Positions 1 to 13,691 of a stretch of DNA of 64,000 nucleotides are shown here, in pieces. The DNA is from Lytechinus pictus (lineage: Eukaryota): positions 21,144,001 to 21,208,000 of the forward strand of contig NC_087250.1 in the NCBI RefSeq assembly GCF_037042905.1, given 5' to 3'. Position numbers and translations under genes: made by a program. The notes beneath the pieces are model-generated. The model saw only the letters and a program-made list of their open reading frames with translations, ran no database searches and was not told the origin of the DNA. Position 1 is the first letter of the stretch, and each line of letters starts with the position of its first letter.

Positions 1-520
1 CGAAATAAGATTCTAGGGTGGATAATGAGTCAACTGTATCCATTTTCAGTAAATAACGGCCATCTTGGATGCCATTTTCAAAATAACAATTTTTCTGGAT
101 GCGGTTTCTGGTAGATTTTAGTATGTTATTCCTAAGGTCAAATAGTACAAAAAACCGTTGAAAATAATTTGTTGCAATTTGTTCCGGGTAAGGTTTTTTT
201 GGTTTGTATATTGACCCGTCTATTAGAGACATAAATATTATAATGCGTTTTGCTTATATTTCAGATCATTCTTAATAACTCTCTGGTTCAGATCAAACCA
301 ACAGTAAGTCGCCCATTCTGATTTTTTTTTTTTTTTTTTTTTTTTTTTGGGGGGGGGGGTTATTGTGCTTAAAAGTCCCTTTTCTTTTATTAGATTTGAA
401 AATGTGATCAGCAATAACCTTCACAAGTGGTTGATTAAATGCAGAAGAAATTCAGTGGGAGGTTCCCCAAAAAAGGAGAAAACAAGGTTAGAAGTATGGG
501 GTTCAACCAAAGCATGAAAT

Positions 521-1334
521 GAAGAGTTTAGTTGCAAAAGGGGTTAGGTCCACTTTGGACCATCCCGAGAAAAAAAAACATGTTTTTTATTCTCATATAT
601 TGCAATATTCTTATGAGAAACTAAATTGTCATGATGTACTACCTCATCATATGAACATGAAATAGGGTATAAAAGAAATCTACCTGTCTTCAAGATTTTC
701 TATATATTAAAAAAATATATATCATTGTGGACTTAACACAAGTAAACTGAAATGAATCCAATCTCTTTTGATTAAAATAGTGATTTTTCTTTGCCACTTT
801 CATTCACGTTTTCATTTGAATTTCAAATTATCTATGGTATCATCAGAATAATTAAAAATATCGAGGTTTAGAGACAGAAAACAATAAAATTTATGAAAAA
901 TGGACCTAACCCCTTTTGACAAATGAGTTCTTCAGAAGAGTTTAGTTGCAAAAGGGGTTAGGTCCACTCCAAGAAAAAAAAAATTAATTCTCCCATGTGG
1001 CAATATTCTTATGCGAAACTGAATTCTTATGATACCCTACCATGGGAACATAACATTGGGTATAAGAGAAATCTACCTGTCTTCATATCTTTTATGATAT
1101 TATTTTCCACAAAAATTATGTGTGGACCTAACCCCTTTAGCAACTAAACTGAAATAGACCTAACCCCTTTTGAAAAAAAAGTGATTTTTCTTTGCCATTT
1201 TAGTTCACTTTTTAATAGGAATTTCAACTTTTGTTTGGTATCATCTTATAGAGCTACTAAAATTCTATACATTAAGACATAAATATCAAATTTGATGAAA
1301 AATTGATCTTACCCCTTTTGCAAGTGAGCTCTTC
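521..1334. mobile_element. Two head-to-tail copies of a ~400-bp TIR MITE (521-933, 935-1334)
   Basis: Each copy starts GAAGAGTTTAGTTGCAAAAGGGG and ends CCCCTTTTG(A/C)...GAG(T/C)TCTTC. The pair is flanked by AAAT on both sides (possible 4-bp AWWT TSD, Sola-like). Superfamily is tentative. Confidence 0.7.
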
Positions 1335-1524
1335 AAATGTGCACAATGTGCATTCACAATGAAACTTCCAAGTGGTCCATAAAACTGCTTAGAAAAATAA
1401 TTCCTTTATCTTTCTTTTTAATTTAATTTCACAACTTCAAATTTTGACAGTTTGTATTGACGCCTGTGATTTAATAGAGGACAAGAAACAGAAGGAGATA
1501 GAGAGAAAACTATAGATGATATAC

Positions 1525-2445
1525 ATTTTCAAAATATTAGAGGGCGCTATTTGTCAAAGGAATGTCCACTGATGCGTAAAACAAAGTTGGATTATGTGCA
1601 ATGATACAAGTGGCAAACCCTAAAAATATGAAACCAAAATAAATTAAAACAAGGAAGTTTGGCAATTTTATATTTTTAGACTTCAATAGAGGGCGCTATT
1701 TATAAAGGTAATGTTAACTGATGCGTAACAAACCAGTGATTTTTGAAGGATGTTACCATAAAGAAACCCTTAAAATATAATAACAAAATGGATGAAAACG
1801 AGGAAGTTATGGCATTTTTCAAATTTGCAATTTTTCAATAGAGGGCGCTTTTTCTTAAAGGTAATGTTTAGTGATGCGTAAAAAACATGTGGATTATTAG
1901 GAATGTCACAATAAACATACCCTGAAAAAACCGCGAAATGAATGAAAACAAGGAACTTATGGCCATTTTAATATTTCTTTAGTTTGCAATAGAGGGCGCT
2001 ATTTCTAAATGTAATTTTCACTGATGCGTAGAAAGCATAAAAATTATGAGAGATGATATCAGAAGCCAGCCCTGAAAATTTAAGACCGAAATTAATGATA
2101 ACAACAAAGTTATTGTCATTTTACTATTTGTTGACTTTGCAATAGAGGGCGCTATTTTTCATTTTAATGGTCGCTGATGCGTATAAATTTGTTGAATTGT
2201 AAAGGATGATACCATTAGTAAACCATGAAAATATGAGACGGAAATAAATAAAAACAAGGAAGTTTGGCCATTTTACTATTTTCGACTTTTCAATAGAGGA
2301 CGCTATCTCTAAACTTAATGGTCACTGATGCTGAAAAAAATGTTTATTTGTTAGAAATGACATTAGTAAACCATGAAAATATGAGACGAAGATGAATAAA
2401 AACAAGGGAGTTATGGCCATTTTACAATTTTCCTACTTTGCATTC
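1525..2445. repeat. Diverged tandem array, ~6 units of ~150 bp
   Basis: TAGAGGGCGCT...TGATGCGTA...AAGGAAGTT recurs at ~1538, 1688, 1839, 1990, 2143 and 2294. An isolated related unit lies at ~5440-5580. Confidence 0.85.
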
Positions 2446-3759
2446 TTAATAAATATGAAGTTTTTGAACGTAGACTATATTTGATTTAAAATTGGGGCAA
2501 GAAGACAGCACTTTGAAGGGCAGGTCGTAATTTTTATCAATCTACAGTCGTTTGTTAGAAGTCTGTAGCATGCAGGATAAGGGAGTTAGGATTGGATTAG
2601 TAATGGTATGCAAATGGACTTGAAATTTACAAAATGGCGCCTGGATGGTCATGCATGAGTGATTTTGGAAAATGAAAAAAAAAAGTTGCACAACAAGGAC
2701 AACATGTCTACCAAATTTGGAGGGATTTGGATGTGGGACGTGGCCTGGGCAGGGTGAACAAACTCTATGTGTTAAATGAATGGGAAGAAAAAGATTACGG
2801 AATAGGAATTTGGAACAAGAACAGAGCATTTTCGCCTGTAGGCTTCAATGCAATTATAATCACTCTTAGGTCCTTTTGAAAACAGTTTTCTGTATTTTTT
2901 ATATTTTTTTGTAGGAATTGAGGAGAGTTTATAAAAACAATTGTAAAAAATAAAATAATATTTTTTATGTTACAGGGCATTTAAATCATTACCACAACTG
3001 GCATTTATCTTTCAAATATATTTTATTAATGTTATTATTGATTACTTTTGTTGTATATTTTATTACAGAGTTGATGAGATAAATGTTTATCTTGAACATT
3101 TTATAAAAATGATAGTCAGTTGATTGCAATAAAATCATTAACATAATATACAATTGTGATTAATTGATTGTAATCACATATATCAATTTCACATCAAATA
3201 GCAAATATACTAGGATTACTTCATGTTGCCATCTGTTAGTAAGTCATTTGATTATCATATAGTTATGCATAGCAATTAACACAAACATCAATACTGTCAT
3301 TGATTAAGATGTTTCTTACATGATTTTTACAAATTATATTGTACATTTGTCTTTCAGAATTCTGATGTTTTAAATAGCGTTTGCAACCACGTTACTTGTG
3401 TATTGTTGATATACTTTCGCGTGGTATTTCACATAATTGAATCAAATAATCATTTTCATTCAATATTTCTTCTACTTCTGACCTCAATTTATTCTAAGGT
3501 TAGCTGGAGCTGTAGATGTCTTACATGCATTATTTGCTTTATAGCAATTGAGGAGTGTTTATAAAAACAATTGTAATAAAACGTAAAAATCATAATATTT
3601 TAGTGTTACAGGGCCCTGTACAGTAATGTAACATAGTCATTAGTACATATTTGTTGAAACTTTACTGTAAATGATTGTTATAAATAAAACATGTGTTTTA
3701 TTCAATACAATTTCCATTTCCATTCACCAATTTCTATTCGTGATGAAATACTGGTGAAA

Positions 3760-4520
3760 AGTCATGATGATCATGATGATCAAGATGATGATGATGATGC
3801 TGGTGGAGTGGTCATTTTGAGAAAGGTGGTGGTGGTGATGATTAAGGTCAAGATGGTGGTGGTTGTAACATAGGGGATGATGATCTGGTGGAGTGGTCAT
3901 TTCGAGAAAGGTAGTGGTGGTGATGATGATTAATTTCAAGATGGTGGTGGTTGTAATAAAGGGGATGATGATGATGATGCTGGTGGAGTGGTCATTTTGA
4001 GAAAGGTGGTGATGGTGATGATGATTAAGGTCAACATGGTGGTGAACATGGTGGTGGAAATGGGATGATGATGGTAGTAATTATGATAATAAAGAGGACG
4101 TTGTTAATAATTATGATGAAGGTCATGATGGTAATGGTGATGACGGTAATAATTGTAATGATTGTGATGATGATTAAACCTTAAGATGGTGGTAATTTGA
4201 TTATGATAATTGTAGTAATTGTGATGATAATATGATTAAAGGTTAAGATGGGGGTAATTGTGATGATAATGCAATAGTTATGGATGTGGTAAAAGTAATA
4301 ATGAATGATGTAGATGCTCCCCATGATGCCGAGGATGATTGAAACAGTAATCATGAAAACACTTATAATATTATTAATTGAGATGAGAGTGATAATAGTG
4401 ATGATGGTTGTAATTCTGACAAAGGTAATACTTGTAATAAAGGTGATGATGATGGGTAATGGATGTGATGAAAGAAATAATGATGAGCATGCTGCTGATA
4501 ATGACAATGATAATAATTGT
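3760..4520. repeat. Degenerate (GAT)/(GGT)/(AAT) low-complexity microsatellite
   Basis: Triplet-periodic GAT/GGT runs. The ORFs here are compositional artefacts. Confidence 0.9.
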
Positions 4521-5974
4521 AACAAGAATGATGACAAGTAGGGCGACATTTTAACAGCCTCAGCAATCATATTTGTAGTATGTGTATGCACATATTATTT
4601 ACAATTACATCAAAGAAACAACTGAAGAATTTATACTTAGTCCCGGATTTATCCCATCTCCTAATAAAACCCCCTCAAATCGGATCCTAAACACGTAATG
4701 CTGGTGCATTTTTGTTTCTTAATACCCTCCCAAATTGGACCATAAACACGTATCGATCTTTCCTAGTGAAATGGCCTATTACCTTTTATTATTTTAGACA
4801 CCCTTACGTTACGTATGTGACGTGCCTTATCTTGAAAAAGGATACAATTTTTTTGGGGGGGGGGCGCATGGTATCCCCTCATCATTGGAATTGTTCCCCG
4901 GAAGCACGTATCAGAACAATGTACGTGTATAATACATTATGATACTTTTTGAGTGAAGCCGATTGTGCCATAGACATTGTGTACGAATCTGTTGCTGATA
5001 ATGTGTGCATTGAGTAGTATACCACGTGTTCAAATCGGATTATCTCGAAATTTTCTGTTGTAACCTCTGTCAAATTTGGTATCACTGGAAAGAACATTTC
5101 AATGCGGTGACATTGCTACCACTTTTATTTGTACACAAGCAATAGACCGGAAGTAAATGAGGTTTTTCACAATAATTTGAAGCTGATGTCAGCTCTTTGT
5201 CACTTTCTGTTACAAAAGGTTGACGAACGGTTGAAGTATATATCAATACTGATAATTATATGCCAAGTTGGAAAAATTAGTCTCAATAATAAAGGAATAA
5301 GATCAAGTTGAAGTTATGCTGGCATTATAGTGCATTTTAACGTATTTTGGTGATTTTCGGGAGCATTTTTCAGATATTTCGTCAGTGGTAAGGTATATAT
5401 TTTTCTAAATGGCATGAAAGGGCATATCTTGAAGACCTTAAATCCTAAAAAGGGTACGGGTTTGGCCATGTATGACGCAATGAGGAGCATTCAAAGGTAA
5501 CAATTTTTTGACAATTTAGAGGGCGCTATTTCAATAACGGAAGGTCAGTGATGCGTATTAACTGACTGATATGTATGATGTACCTCAATAAACAATTATT
5601 GCAAGCGCAAAGCACAATAAGCTATTTTTTTACATGTAGACTGGACATTCCTTTTGCACTTTTTGTAATAATGAATACGAAGGGCATCACTACCCGATGA
5701 TGACTGGACGTTGTAAAACAATAAAGAACAAGCTGTTTATAGCGCGAACTAAATTTACTGACCTGAAAGGGAAAATTTTAAAAGCACTGTCCAACATGTA
5801 GGTAACTTGTGAAGATGAATGGAGCACTCCAAATGAATGATGCAAGCGCAAAGCGCGAGCTGAATATTTTGGCGACTTACACCTACGGCCGGGCAATTTT
5901 AAGCACTATAGGTACAAAACAATGGGTTTAATTTTTAGGCGATTTAGACCTAAAACCGGTACATTCAAATCATA

Positions 5975-8351
5975 GCCAAATTATCAAATACTACTCGTTA
6001 TGTATTTAATAGACCGATGGCTGACAGTGCAACAGTGGCGTTTGGACGATGGATATCCAATTATGACTGGCCAGAATTAAAGGACCATCTCGATGTAAAC
6101 GGCTAATGTAATTCTTTTCACTTAACGCTAAATTCTGCAATAAACACATATTTTCCTATTCGTACGGTAGTTCTTCATGTTAGGGATAAACCCTGGATGA
6201 CAGGAGAAATCAAATCTCTAATTCACAAGAGACAGATTGCATTTCATCTAGGGAAAGAAAATATTCGGAAGCGCTTGAGAAACAAAATAAATTCACTTAT
6301 AAAGAAATCAAAATTAAATTTCTACTCATCGAGGATCCAGAGACTTAAAAAAAGTAATCCTTCACGATGGTATCAAGAAATAAAGATCCTTACAAAAGGA
6401 AACCAAGCATCACTAAACATCCGGGTTGAAGGTATTGATCCTAGTGATACAGTGAAAATAGACTTCCTGATGTAACCCCATGGCAAGTTAACAAGGCCCT
6501 TTTAAAAATCAAAGGTTCAAAGGCTAATGGCCCTGACGGTATTTCAGCGCGCTTGATTCGTCTTTTTTCTGTAGAACTCTCTGATCCTTTAACGTGTATA
6601 ATCCATGCTTCTTTTAGGCAGGCTAAAGTTCCGGACTCCTGGAAACGGGCCATCGTGGTGCCGATTCCGAAAGTTAACCCTCCAAGTATTGACAAACTCA
6701 GACCTATATCTCTGACAGATCACTTTGCTAAGGTTATAGAAGGTTTTATAGCAGAATGGATGTATCAAGATATCTCTAAACACATTGATCCTTGTCAGTT
6801 TGGAAACCAAAAACATTTATCTACCTCACATTGTTTAATGAATATATTTCACCATATTTTCTTAAATGCGGAAACACTAAAAACAATATCAACTGTTCTT
6901 CTCACCGATTTCAAAAAGGCATTTGACAGAATAGATCACACAGTTGCCATTAAAAAATTAATCGAAATTGGTGTGCGCCCATCGATAGTTATTTGGATTT
7001 CAGATTTTCTGTCCGAGCGTAAACAATGTGTACGTTATCAAGGTGATCTTTCAGATTGGTGCCAAATCAAGGCAGGTGTGCCCCAGGGTACAAAAATTGG
7101 TCCCTTAATTTTTGTTATAATGATAAATGATTTCAAAACTAATGAATGTATGCATATGTTTAAATATGTTGACGATTTAACTCTGGTCGAATGTCGTAAA
7201 TCAAACCAACCTTCAAACATTCAAGAAGCAGTATTATGTCTGCATAATTGAGCTGAATCCAATAAAATGCAATTGAATCCTAAAAAGTGTATCAAAATGG
7301 ACATCTGTTTCTCTAGAAATCCAGTTAACCACTATCCACTTAACCTTGATAATTGTGTACTTGCTAGTGTGACCCAAGTAAAATTACTTGGCGTTACAAT
7401 ACAGAACGATTTAAAGTGGGAAGCACATATTTCTGACATTGAAAAGAGAGCAAATGCAAAACTATATATGCTCCGCACTTTAGGAAAATACGGTCTTTCT
7501 CACGAGGATTTAGTTGCAATTTTCATTGGCTATATTCGACCAATACTGGAATATGCTGCTCCAGTTTGGAGCGGAGGTCTCACAATTGCCCAAAGACAAC
7601 GCTTAGAAAGAATTCAAAAACTCGCCTTAAGAATTATTCTTAGAAATGATTATGATTGTTACACTACTGCTCTTACTCTGTCAAAATTACAACAATTAGA
7701 AAAACGTCGAAATGATCTGAGTGTCGTCTTCTTCAAAAAGACTTTATTATTTACAGTTCAGTTTGAACAGTTTATTCCCAACGATTTCAAACAAAAATCT
7801 ACGTAAACAAGAAAGATATACGAACCCAGATGTAAAACTAAGCGTATGTAGAACAGCCCAATCCCTGATCTGATCCGTCTGTACAATGAATACCCTTGAA
7901 TGATTATGCTTTTGGTATTGTATATAACTGTTAGGATTATTTGTCATATTCATTGCCGTAACTTGCCCTTTCTTTTTTATGTATTTGTTACGTGTCCTTG
8001 TCAGGGTCAATCTTACCCTCCCTGATGGTTTTTCTTCTTCTTCTTTTCCTACCTAAATTCTCTAACCCTGTACTCTTTCCTTGCCTTCTTCTTTCCAGAA
8101 ATCTTTCTTGATCCTGACAACACACAGTTATATATGAATGTAATTTTAATAGTTTTAATTGTATAATAAGATCAATGGTATACAGTATACTGTATTTTAT
8201 CTACTTACACACTTGAACATTGTATTGTAAAATGTATTCAATGAAATGTATACTTGTATATTTAGCTTTGTAATTCACATGCAATTCAGTTTGTTAACTG
8301 CAATATGTGGAGAATTTTAATAAATACCATTTATCTATCTATCTATCTATC
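5975..8351 (+). mobile_element. 5'-truncated CR1/L2-group non-LTR retrotransposon with a disrupted RT ORF2
   Basis: DKPWMT, KANGPDGI, WKRAIVVPIPK, LRPISLT, DFKKAFD, GVPQGTKIGP, YVDD, KLLGVTI, RPILEYAAPVW. In-frame TGA at 7249-7251 and a deletion/frameshift near 6460. 3' AATAAA followed by a (TATC)n tail at 8330-8351. Confidence 0.93.
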
Positions 8352-9612
8352 ACTCTCGGAACATGAAGCAGTTATATGGACTAGTTGGAACATTCCTTCG
8401 TGACTCAACAGTTTCTCTTTTCTTCTTTCTCTTCTTCCACCTTATTTTCCCTTCTATTTTCCCTCTCTCCCCTTATCCCGACAGTCGCGCAGATTTACCG
8501 ACGATATCCAGACTAGGGGGAGGGGGTCGCACCCCGTTAGAGACGGCCCTGTCCACAATATCGATGTTAATACAATTACACACATGCAAAAGTAATTGTT
8601 TTAAAATACACGAATTCGAGTGTTTTATGTGATGGTTGTGGTGATGATATATGACTAATAATTCAAAGGAATTAGATAGTTTCAGTGATTGGATCGAGCA
8701 CAAAACGGAACTTTCGTGATTGATAACATTTCACTATTTTTTTTTTATTCAGACTAAAATTCAGATTTATTCATTATTTCATTTTCAGTATTTTCCCCAA
8801 ATGAAGGTATAGGATGCTTCATACACGCTGAATTACTTGAGGGGCTCATAAAAAAATTATAAAGGAAATCAATAACCAACTTCCAGTTTTCAGGTAAACG
8901 ATCTAAGAGAAAAAAAACACGAAACACTGTAAGGTTCATAAAGTAATCAGGGTTGTGCAAACAAAAAATCGGCGTTTTTACTGTGATCGAAATCGGGAAA
9001 GAAATGAAAACTGAAAAAGAAAATTGATATGATTTCAAATAAGTAATGAGCGGATATGGCAGAGAAATGGAAAGCAATAAAATCCCAGTCATAAATACGA
9101 TTCTTACCCTCTTAAAAATATGCACAAGCAAAACAAATAAACAAAACCGGGACACAAAACAAACAAAATAATGTTTATGTCTTATATAGTCATGATAGTC
9201 CGGGGTCTAGGAGTTGGGATGTTTTGGGTTTGTAACTAGCTATCCCGCAGCTACCACGTGCCAAATATAGGCAAACCGGATAGGCCCCGATCGATCAGGG
9301 GTGGGGGCTATATGTTGATCGTATATAGTTTCTCGAAAGTATCCTCCGTGAAGATTGTTGATGGGAATGTCTTTGTTGGGGGAGCTCGTGGAGAACGTAA
9401 AAAACACACAAAAAACACGTATATTGTTGAACTGAATTTGATTAGATTATGATAAGTATTTAGAAAATTAGGACTTTACCTTTTACTGCATATGAAAATA
9501 GATATTTGACTAAGAGGTTCTTTTTAGATTTAAATAGCTTCTCAAAGAGGGAGGGTGTGGAGTGCTAAAGTGAGTTTATAACATATATATATATATACAT
9601 CCCTCCTCCCCT

Positions 9613-10110
9613 TCCCATCTTGGGGCTTTTTCTTTATTTTTGATTTGTTTTGCCCTTATTATTTTTTTTAGAAAAGGGCATTTTACCTCATTTTGCCCCT
9701 CTCCTAAGAATCTTGTCTCAGCCATTGCGTCACACCCAAACCCAATTCTATCCCCCTCCCAACTCCGAAAGCGAAAAACCCTTCCATATATACCCTCGTA
9801 ATATGTTATGTTGGTTCCAAGAACAATTACAGCTTTCGTTTTATTCTAATATCTCTGTCTTCGACAATATAAATTTGACATAATAACCTTTAGCAGACAT
9901 TAATTCACAAATCGCGTGCTTTACAGAGTTGGGTAAATATACTGATTATTGTTTGAATACCAATTTAATGGTTATTAACTGTTTACAGTTCGTAAAATTG
10001 TCCCAATTAAGATTTATAATTACAGATAAGGAACAAGCCGGCAAAAAGAAAGTGCAATCTCAGCAGATCAATATCTATCATTATTTTATTGCCTTGTAGT
10101 ATTTATGGGG
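9613..10110. repeat. Copy 1 of a ~500-bp direct duplication (copy 2 at 13692-14195)
   Basis: Shared runs include CAAGAACAATTACAGCTTTCGTTTTATTCTAATATCTCTG and CACAAATCGCGTGCTTTACAGAGTTGGGTAAATATACTGATT. Confidence 0.9.
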
Positions 10111-10235
10111 GCATGATATTCTTTTGTGGAAAAGAAAATTTGCTAAATGTATGCTGAAGCATCGTATTTCCATACCTCTTTGTGAATATATATTTTAAAA
10201 AAAATGATCCCTCAACTTGCCGCTTGAAAATATGT

Positions 10236-10690
10236 GGGGATGTCGTGGCCTAGTGGTTAAGACTCACGTCTTTGGTTCGATTCCCAGCCATGGTGTGTTT
10301 TCCTTCAACAAGAATGTTTTTTCACATTGTGTTGCACTGAACACGGGTGGGTGTTTCATAAAGCTGTTTGCAAGTAAAGAGCGACTTTAAGAACAACAGA
10401 TGAAGCTTTCTTACGTGCTAAATAATAATCAATGAACATATCTAATGGTGAATATCAGTTACCACAATGAAGGACCATCACCTATGCTTAAAGTAACTCT
10501 TAACTTACGGACAGTCTAGTGAAACGGCCCCCTGGTGAGGTAAATGCGTACCGACAGGAAGTACTTTCCCCCCAAAAAAAAAACCTGTGAGCACCGGAAT
10601 CGATAGACTAGGTTAGTGGGGAATATAAGAGCGCCATCATCACCTAATGATGTCCATATTTGCGCTACATAAATCCTATATTTTTATACA
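10236..10690 (+). mobile_element. Degenerate tRNA-derived SINE interrupted by a Harbinger-like MITE (~10349-10531)
   Basis: A box TGGCCTAGTGG and B box GGTTCGATTCC. The SINE body resumes at GGTGAGGTAAATG. The insert has TIRs GGGTGTTTCATAAAG / CTAGTGAAACGGCCCC. Confidence 0.75.
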
Positions 10691-11297
10691 TTTTGGGAAA
10701 AAATAAGAGGAGGTGCTTGTCTGGAAAAAAATACAACAAAAAATGAAATGATGTTATTCATAAAGAAAGTGGCAAGCAAAATATATAACAATGATTTTGA
10801 AAAAATTAATAAACAAATGAAAAAAAACTGTCATGATTGCATAATGGTTAAAAAAGTTCCCCGTCAGAAGAATGTGTAATCAGCAGGAATTGAGCAAGAT
10901 CATGTTTCATGAAGTCTTTTTATAATAACAAAAAAAAAAACACAATTCAAAGCAAGTTTACTATCAGCCAAGCAAATGGAATGATTTAAATAGCCTTACA
11001 CCGATGTCGCAGTTGTTTTTGTCATTACAATGCACAATTTCTATCTACATGTATACAAAATCAACTAATGAAATTGAAGGATTTCAGTAGCTTGAAACTA
11101 ATATAGCAAGTTATTTTGTTATTATAACAAGGTTCATGAAAGGGGCCACTGAGTGAATGACAACTTTGACAAAAAATAATGTCGGTTGGGATTTGGTTTC
11201 GTTGTTTAAATATTACATTAGATCTTCAAACGATAACTAATGTAAAAATAGCAGAAAGAATAATAATAAAAAATATGAAGGTTTGAGGAAACCCATG

Positions 11298-11604
11298 GGC
11301 CCGTATTCTGAAGTCAGGTTTAACTTAAACTCAGGTTTAAAGTTGTGGTTTAAGTATGGGAAGCCAAAAGTATCAATTTTTTTAAGTTTTACGTTTCTTA
11401 TGTTTACTGTGCTCTTTCCTGATTAATCGATGGTGAAGACAATAATCTGATATACTTCCTAGACAATTATGAATGATTTGAGAGCCAAATGAGCTGAGAT
11501 ATGATATCTCTATCGTTAGTGATTTATGTAACAATTGGCTTCCCATACTTGAACCACAACTTTAAACCTGAGTTTTAGTTAAACCCGACTTCAGAATACG
11601 GGCC
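11298..11604. mobile_element. PIF/Harbinger-like MITE
   Basis: ~65-bp TIRs GGCCCGTATTCTGAAGTC... / ...GACTTCAGAATACGGGCC with a 3-bp TSD ATG. A related copy lies at ~45972-46265. Confidence 0.85.
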
Positions 11605-12256
11605 ATGAAGATTAAGAAAGTTATTTAAATTTTAAGTTTTGCATTGTGACGTCATAAACAAACAGCTGCATATAACATAAAATACATGAATTTCATTTGT
11701 TTTTAATTGTTCCTGATGGCTCATTTTTTGAAATTTCTATTCATGATCGGGTGTGACATGATTTGTCTATTGATAGATACATGGTACAGTACAAACCATT
11801 TTCAAATTTCAGATGAAAGAGGAGATTCTGAGCTTAACAATGATAGGTAACTTGTCTATTGTATTATTGATTAAGTAATGATAAATCATCAATAAATCTC
11901 GGTTTCTTTTTTTATGGGACGCACTGTATATTGACGTTGCTTTACATTATGATGTCAATTCTTGTTTTTTCTAAAGACTTAACCGAATGGAGGAAAATGC
12001 TATGCCAAATAACTTGCGTCTTCACCACAACCTCACCCCTCGATCTCTTTATTTCCACTCTCATCCCTCCACCCTTTCATGTCTAGGCCTATTTGTTTAC
12101 CTATCTATCTATTTCCCTCTCCCTTTCCCAATCATTTTACTTTGTATCCCATCTTTGTTGTTCTGTCCTTTGGAGTATATAATAACAAACATATTTCGTA
12201 ATCTACTGATGAATATATTTGAAATCCAACAGTGCAGCCTGAGTTTGAAAGGAGCT

Positions 12257-12479
12257 GGGCCCGTTTCTTCACCCTGTTTACCGGACTTAAACAGTTGTAA
12301 TCACTAGCGTACCTACGGGGGGGGGGGGGGGGGGCAGGGGGGGCACTCTGCCCCCCCTGACGAGTCACAACCCATGCAAAAACGTATCTTTGCCCCCCCC
12401 CCTGACGGGCTTGAAAAACCTTTTTTGCCCCCCCTGACGAGCTTTAAGACCTTCAATGCCCCCCTGACGAGCTTGAAGA

Positions 12480-12519
<40 letters not shown>

Positions 12520-12564
12520 TGTCAATTTTTTTCTGGTACGAAATCCTTTATTTGTGATCGAAGA

Positions 12565-12599
<35 letters not shown>

Positions 12600-12788
12600 T
12601 GTCAAATATTTTGGCGGACGGTTTTGCCCCCCCTGTGGAAAATCCTAGGTACGCCACTGGTTGTAACTTTATCATTATGACAACTGCCAGTATAACATGG
12701 CTCTGCGGTCAATCCCAATCAATGTTATCATGGTCATGATGGCCATAATTGAAAAGTTACCATAGTTATGTCTTTACGAAACGGGCCC
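12257..12788. mobile_element. Harbinger-like MITE hosting a hAT-like MITE
   Basis: TIRs GGGCCCGTTTC / GAAACGGGCCC. Confidence 0.65.
12302..12659. mobile_element. hAT-like MITE
   Basis: TIR CACTAGCGTACCTA vs TAGGTACGCCACTG. 8-bp TSD GTTGTAAT/GTTGTAAC (7/8 match). Confidence 0.8.
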
Positions 12789-13691
12789 CGGATGTTAGCA
12801 ACGATGACACCCTAATTGTTATTCCCTCTCTATCTTTCTTTGTTGTTTCTTCCCTTGTGGTATAGCAGCAATTTACAAACTTACTCTGATTTATACTTAC
12901 TTCTTTATATATTTGAAATCCAATAGTTCTCGCAGCCTCCTTAGTAATAATGTGCGGCGGGCACAAAACCACGGACCATGAAAACGAAGCAAACTCACAC
13001 TAGGGTAGTTACAAAATCACATAATGTAGTTGAAATTGACCAGACATTCGACAATTGATTATTTAAAACGACGCTGCTCCTCTTCATGTAGCAAAATCTC
13101 AGAAGAAAATACTCTACAGGCTACGAAATATAAGATCTCCCTGTTCGATTCTCGAATTAAAGTAAGGCGCGGAGAAAAAATGAGGATTTTTGTTGATAAA
13201 CTAAATGGTGCACACCCGATTTGCTCCTCATTCTATCACGTGACCTCATTCACAGTGATCACTCAACCAATCAAAATTGATTGCAACGTTTTCGTAACCA
13301 AATATGGTCGATTCATTTCGTAGATTATTTTATGACACCATGGTAAATAAACGCCCCCTATTATTAAAATCAGGGAATATACATGTATCATCCCGTGATG
13401 TTAAACAAACATCTAGAATGATAAATGTAATATAAATTATACCCGTTAACGCAGGGATAGATTTGCACCCGAACTTCCTACGATAATGCACACCTTGTTA
13501 AAGTAAACAAAAAGTAAAATAAAAGTAGACATATAATTTCAAAGTATTTAAGGCACCCCCTCCCCATCCTTCATGAAAGGCGCTATAGTATCCAACTAAA
13601 TTGTTTTTTTAACATGAAACAAGGGATAAGAGAAATCACGGCGACACCACGAACTGTCAATGAAAGAGATTAAAAAATATCACTCTTTCCC

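Noticed and set aside
3691..4591. His/Ile/Asp-rich ORFs
   Set aside because: They are translations of a triplet microsatellite.
9240..9400. Minus-strand terminal exon (FSTSSPNKDIP...VAAG*)
   Set aside because: The polypyrimidine tract lacks a canonical YAG and no homology was recognised.
11860..11928. Tc1-like terminus TGGGACGCACTGTA
   Set aside because: It is a solitary end with no partner TIR nearby, so no element could be delimited.
12990..13275. CCAAT/E-box promoter with a GTGAGT donor on the minus strand
   Set aside because: Short motifs like these are expected by chance, and the ATG frame stops before the donor.
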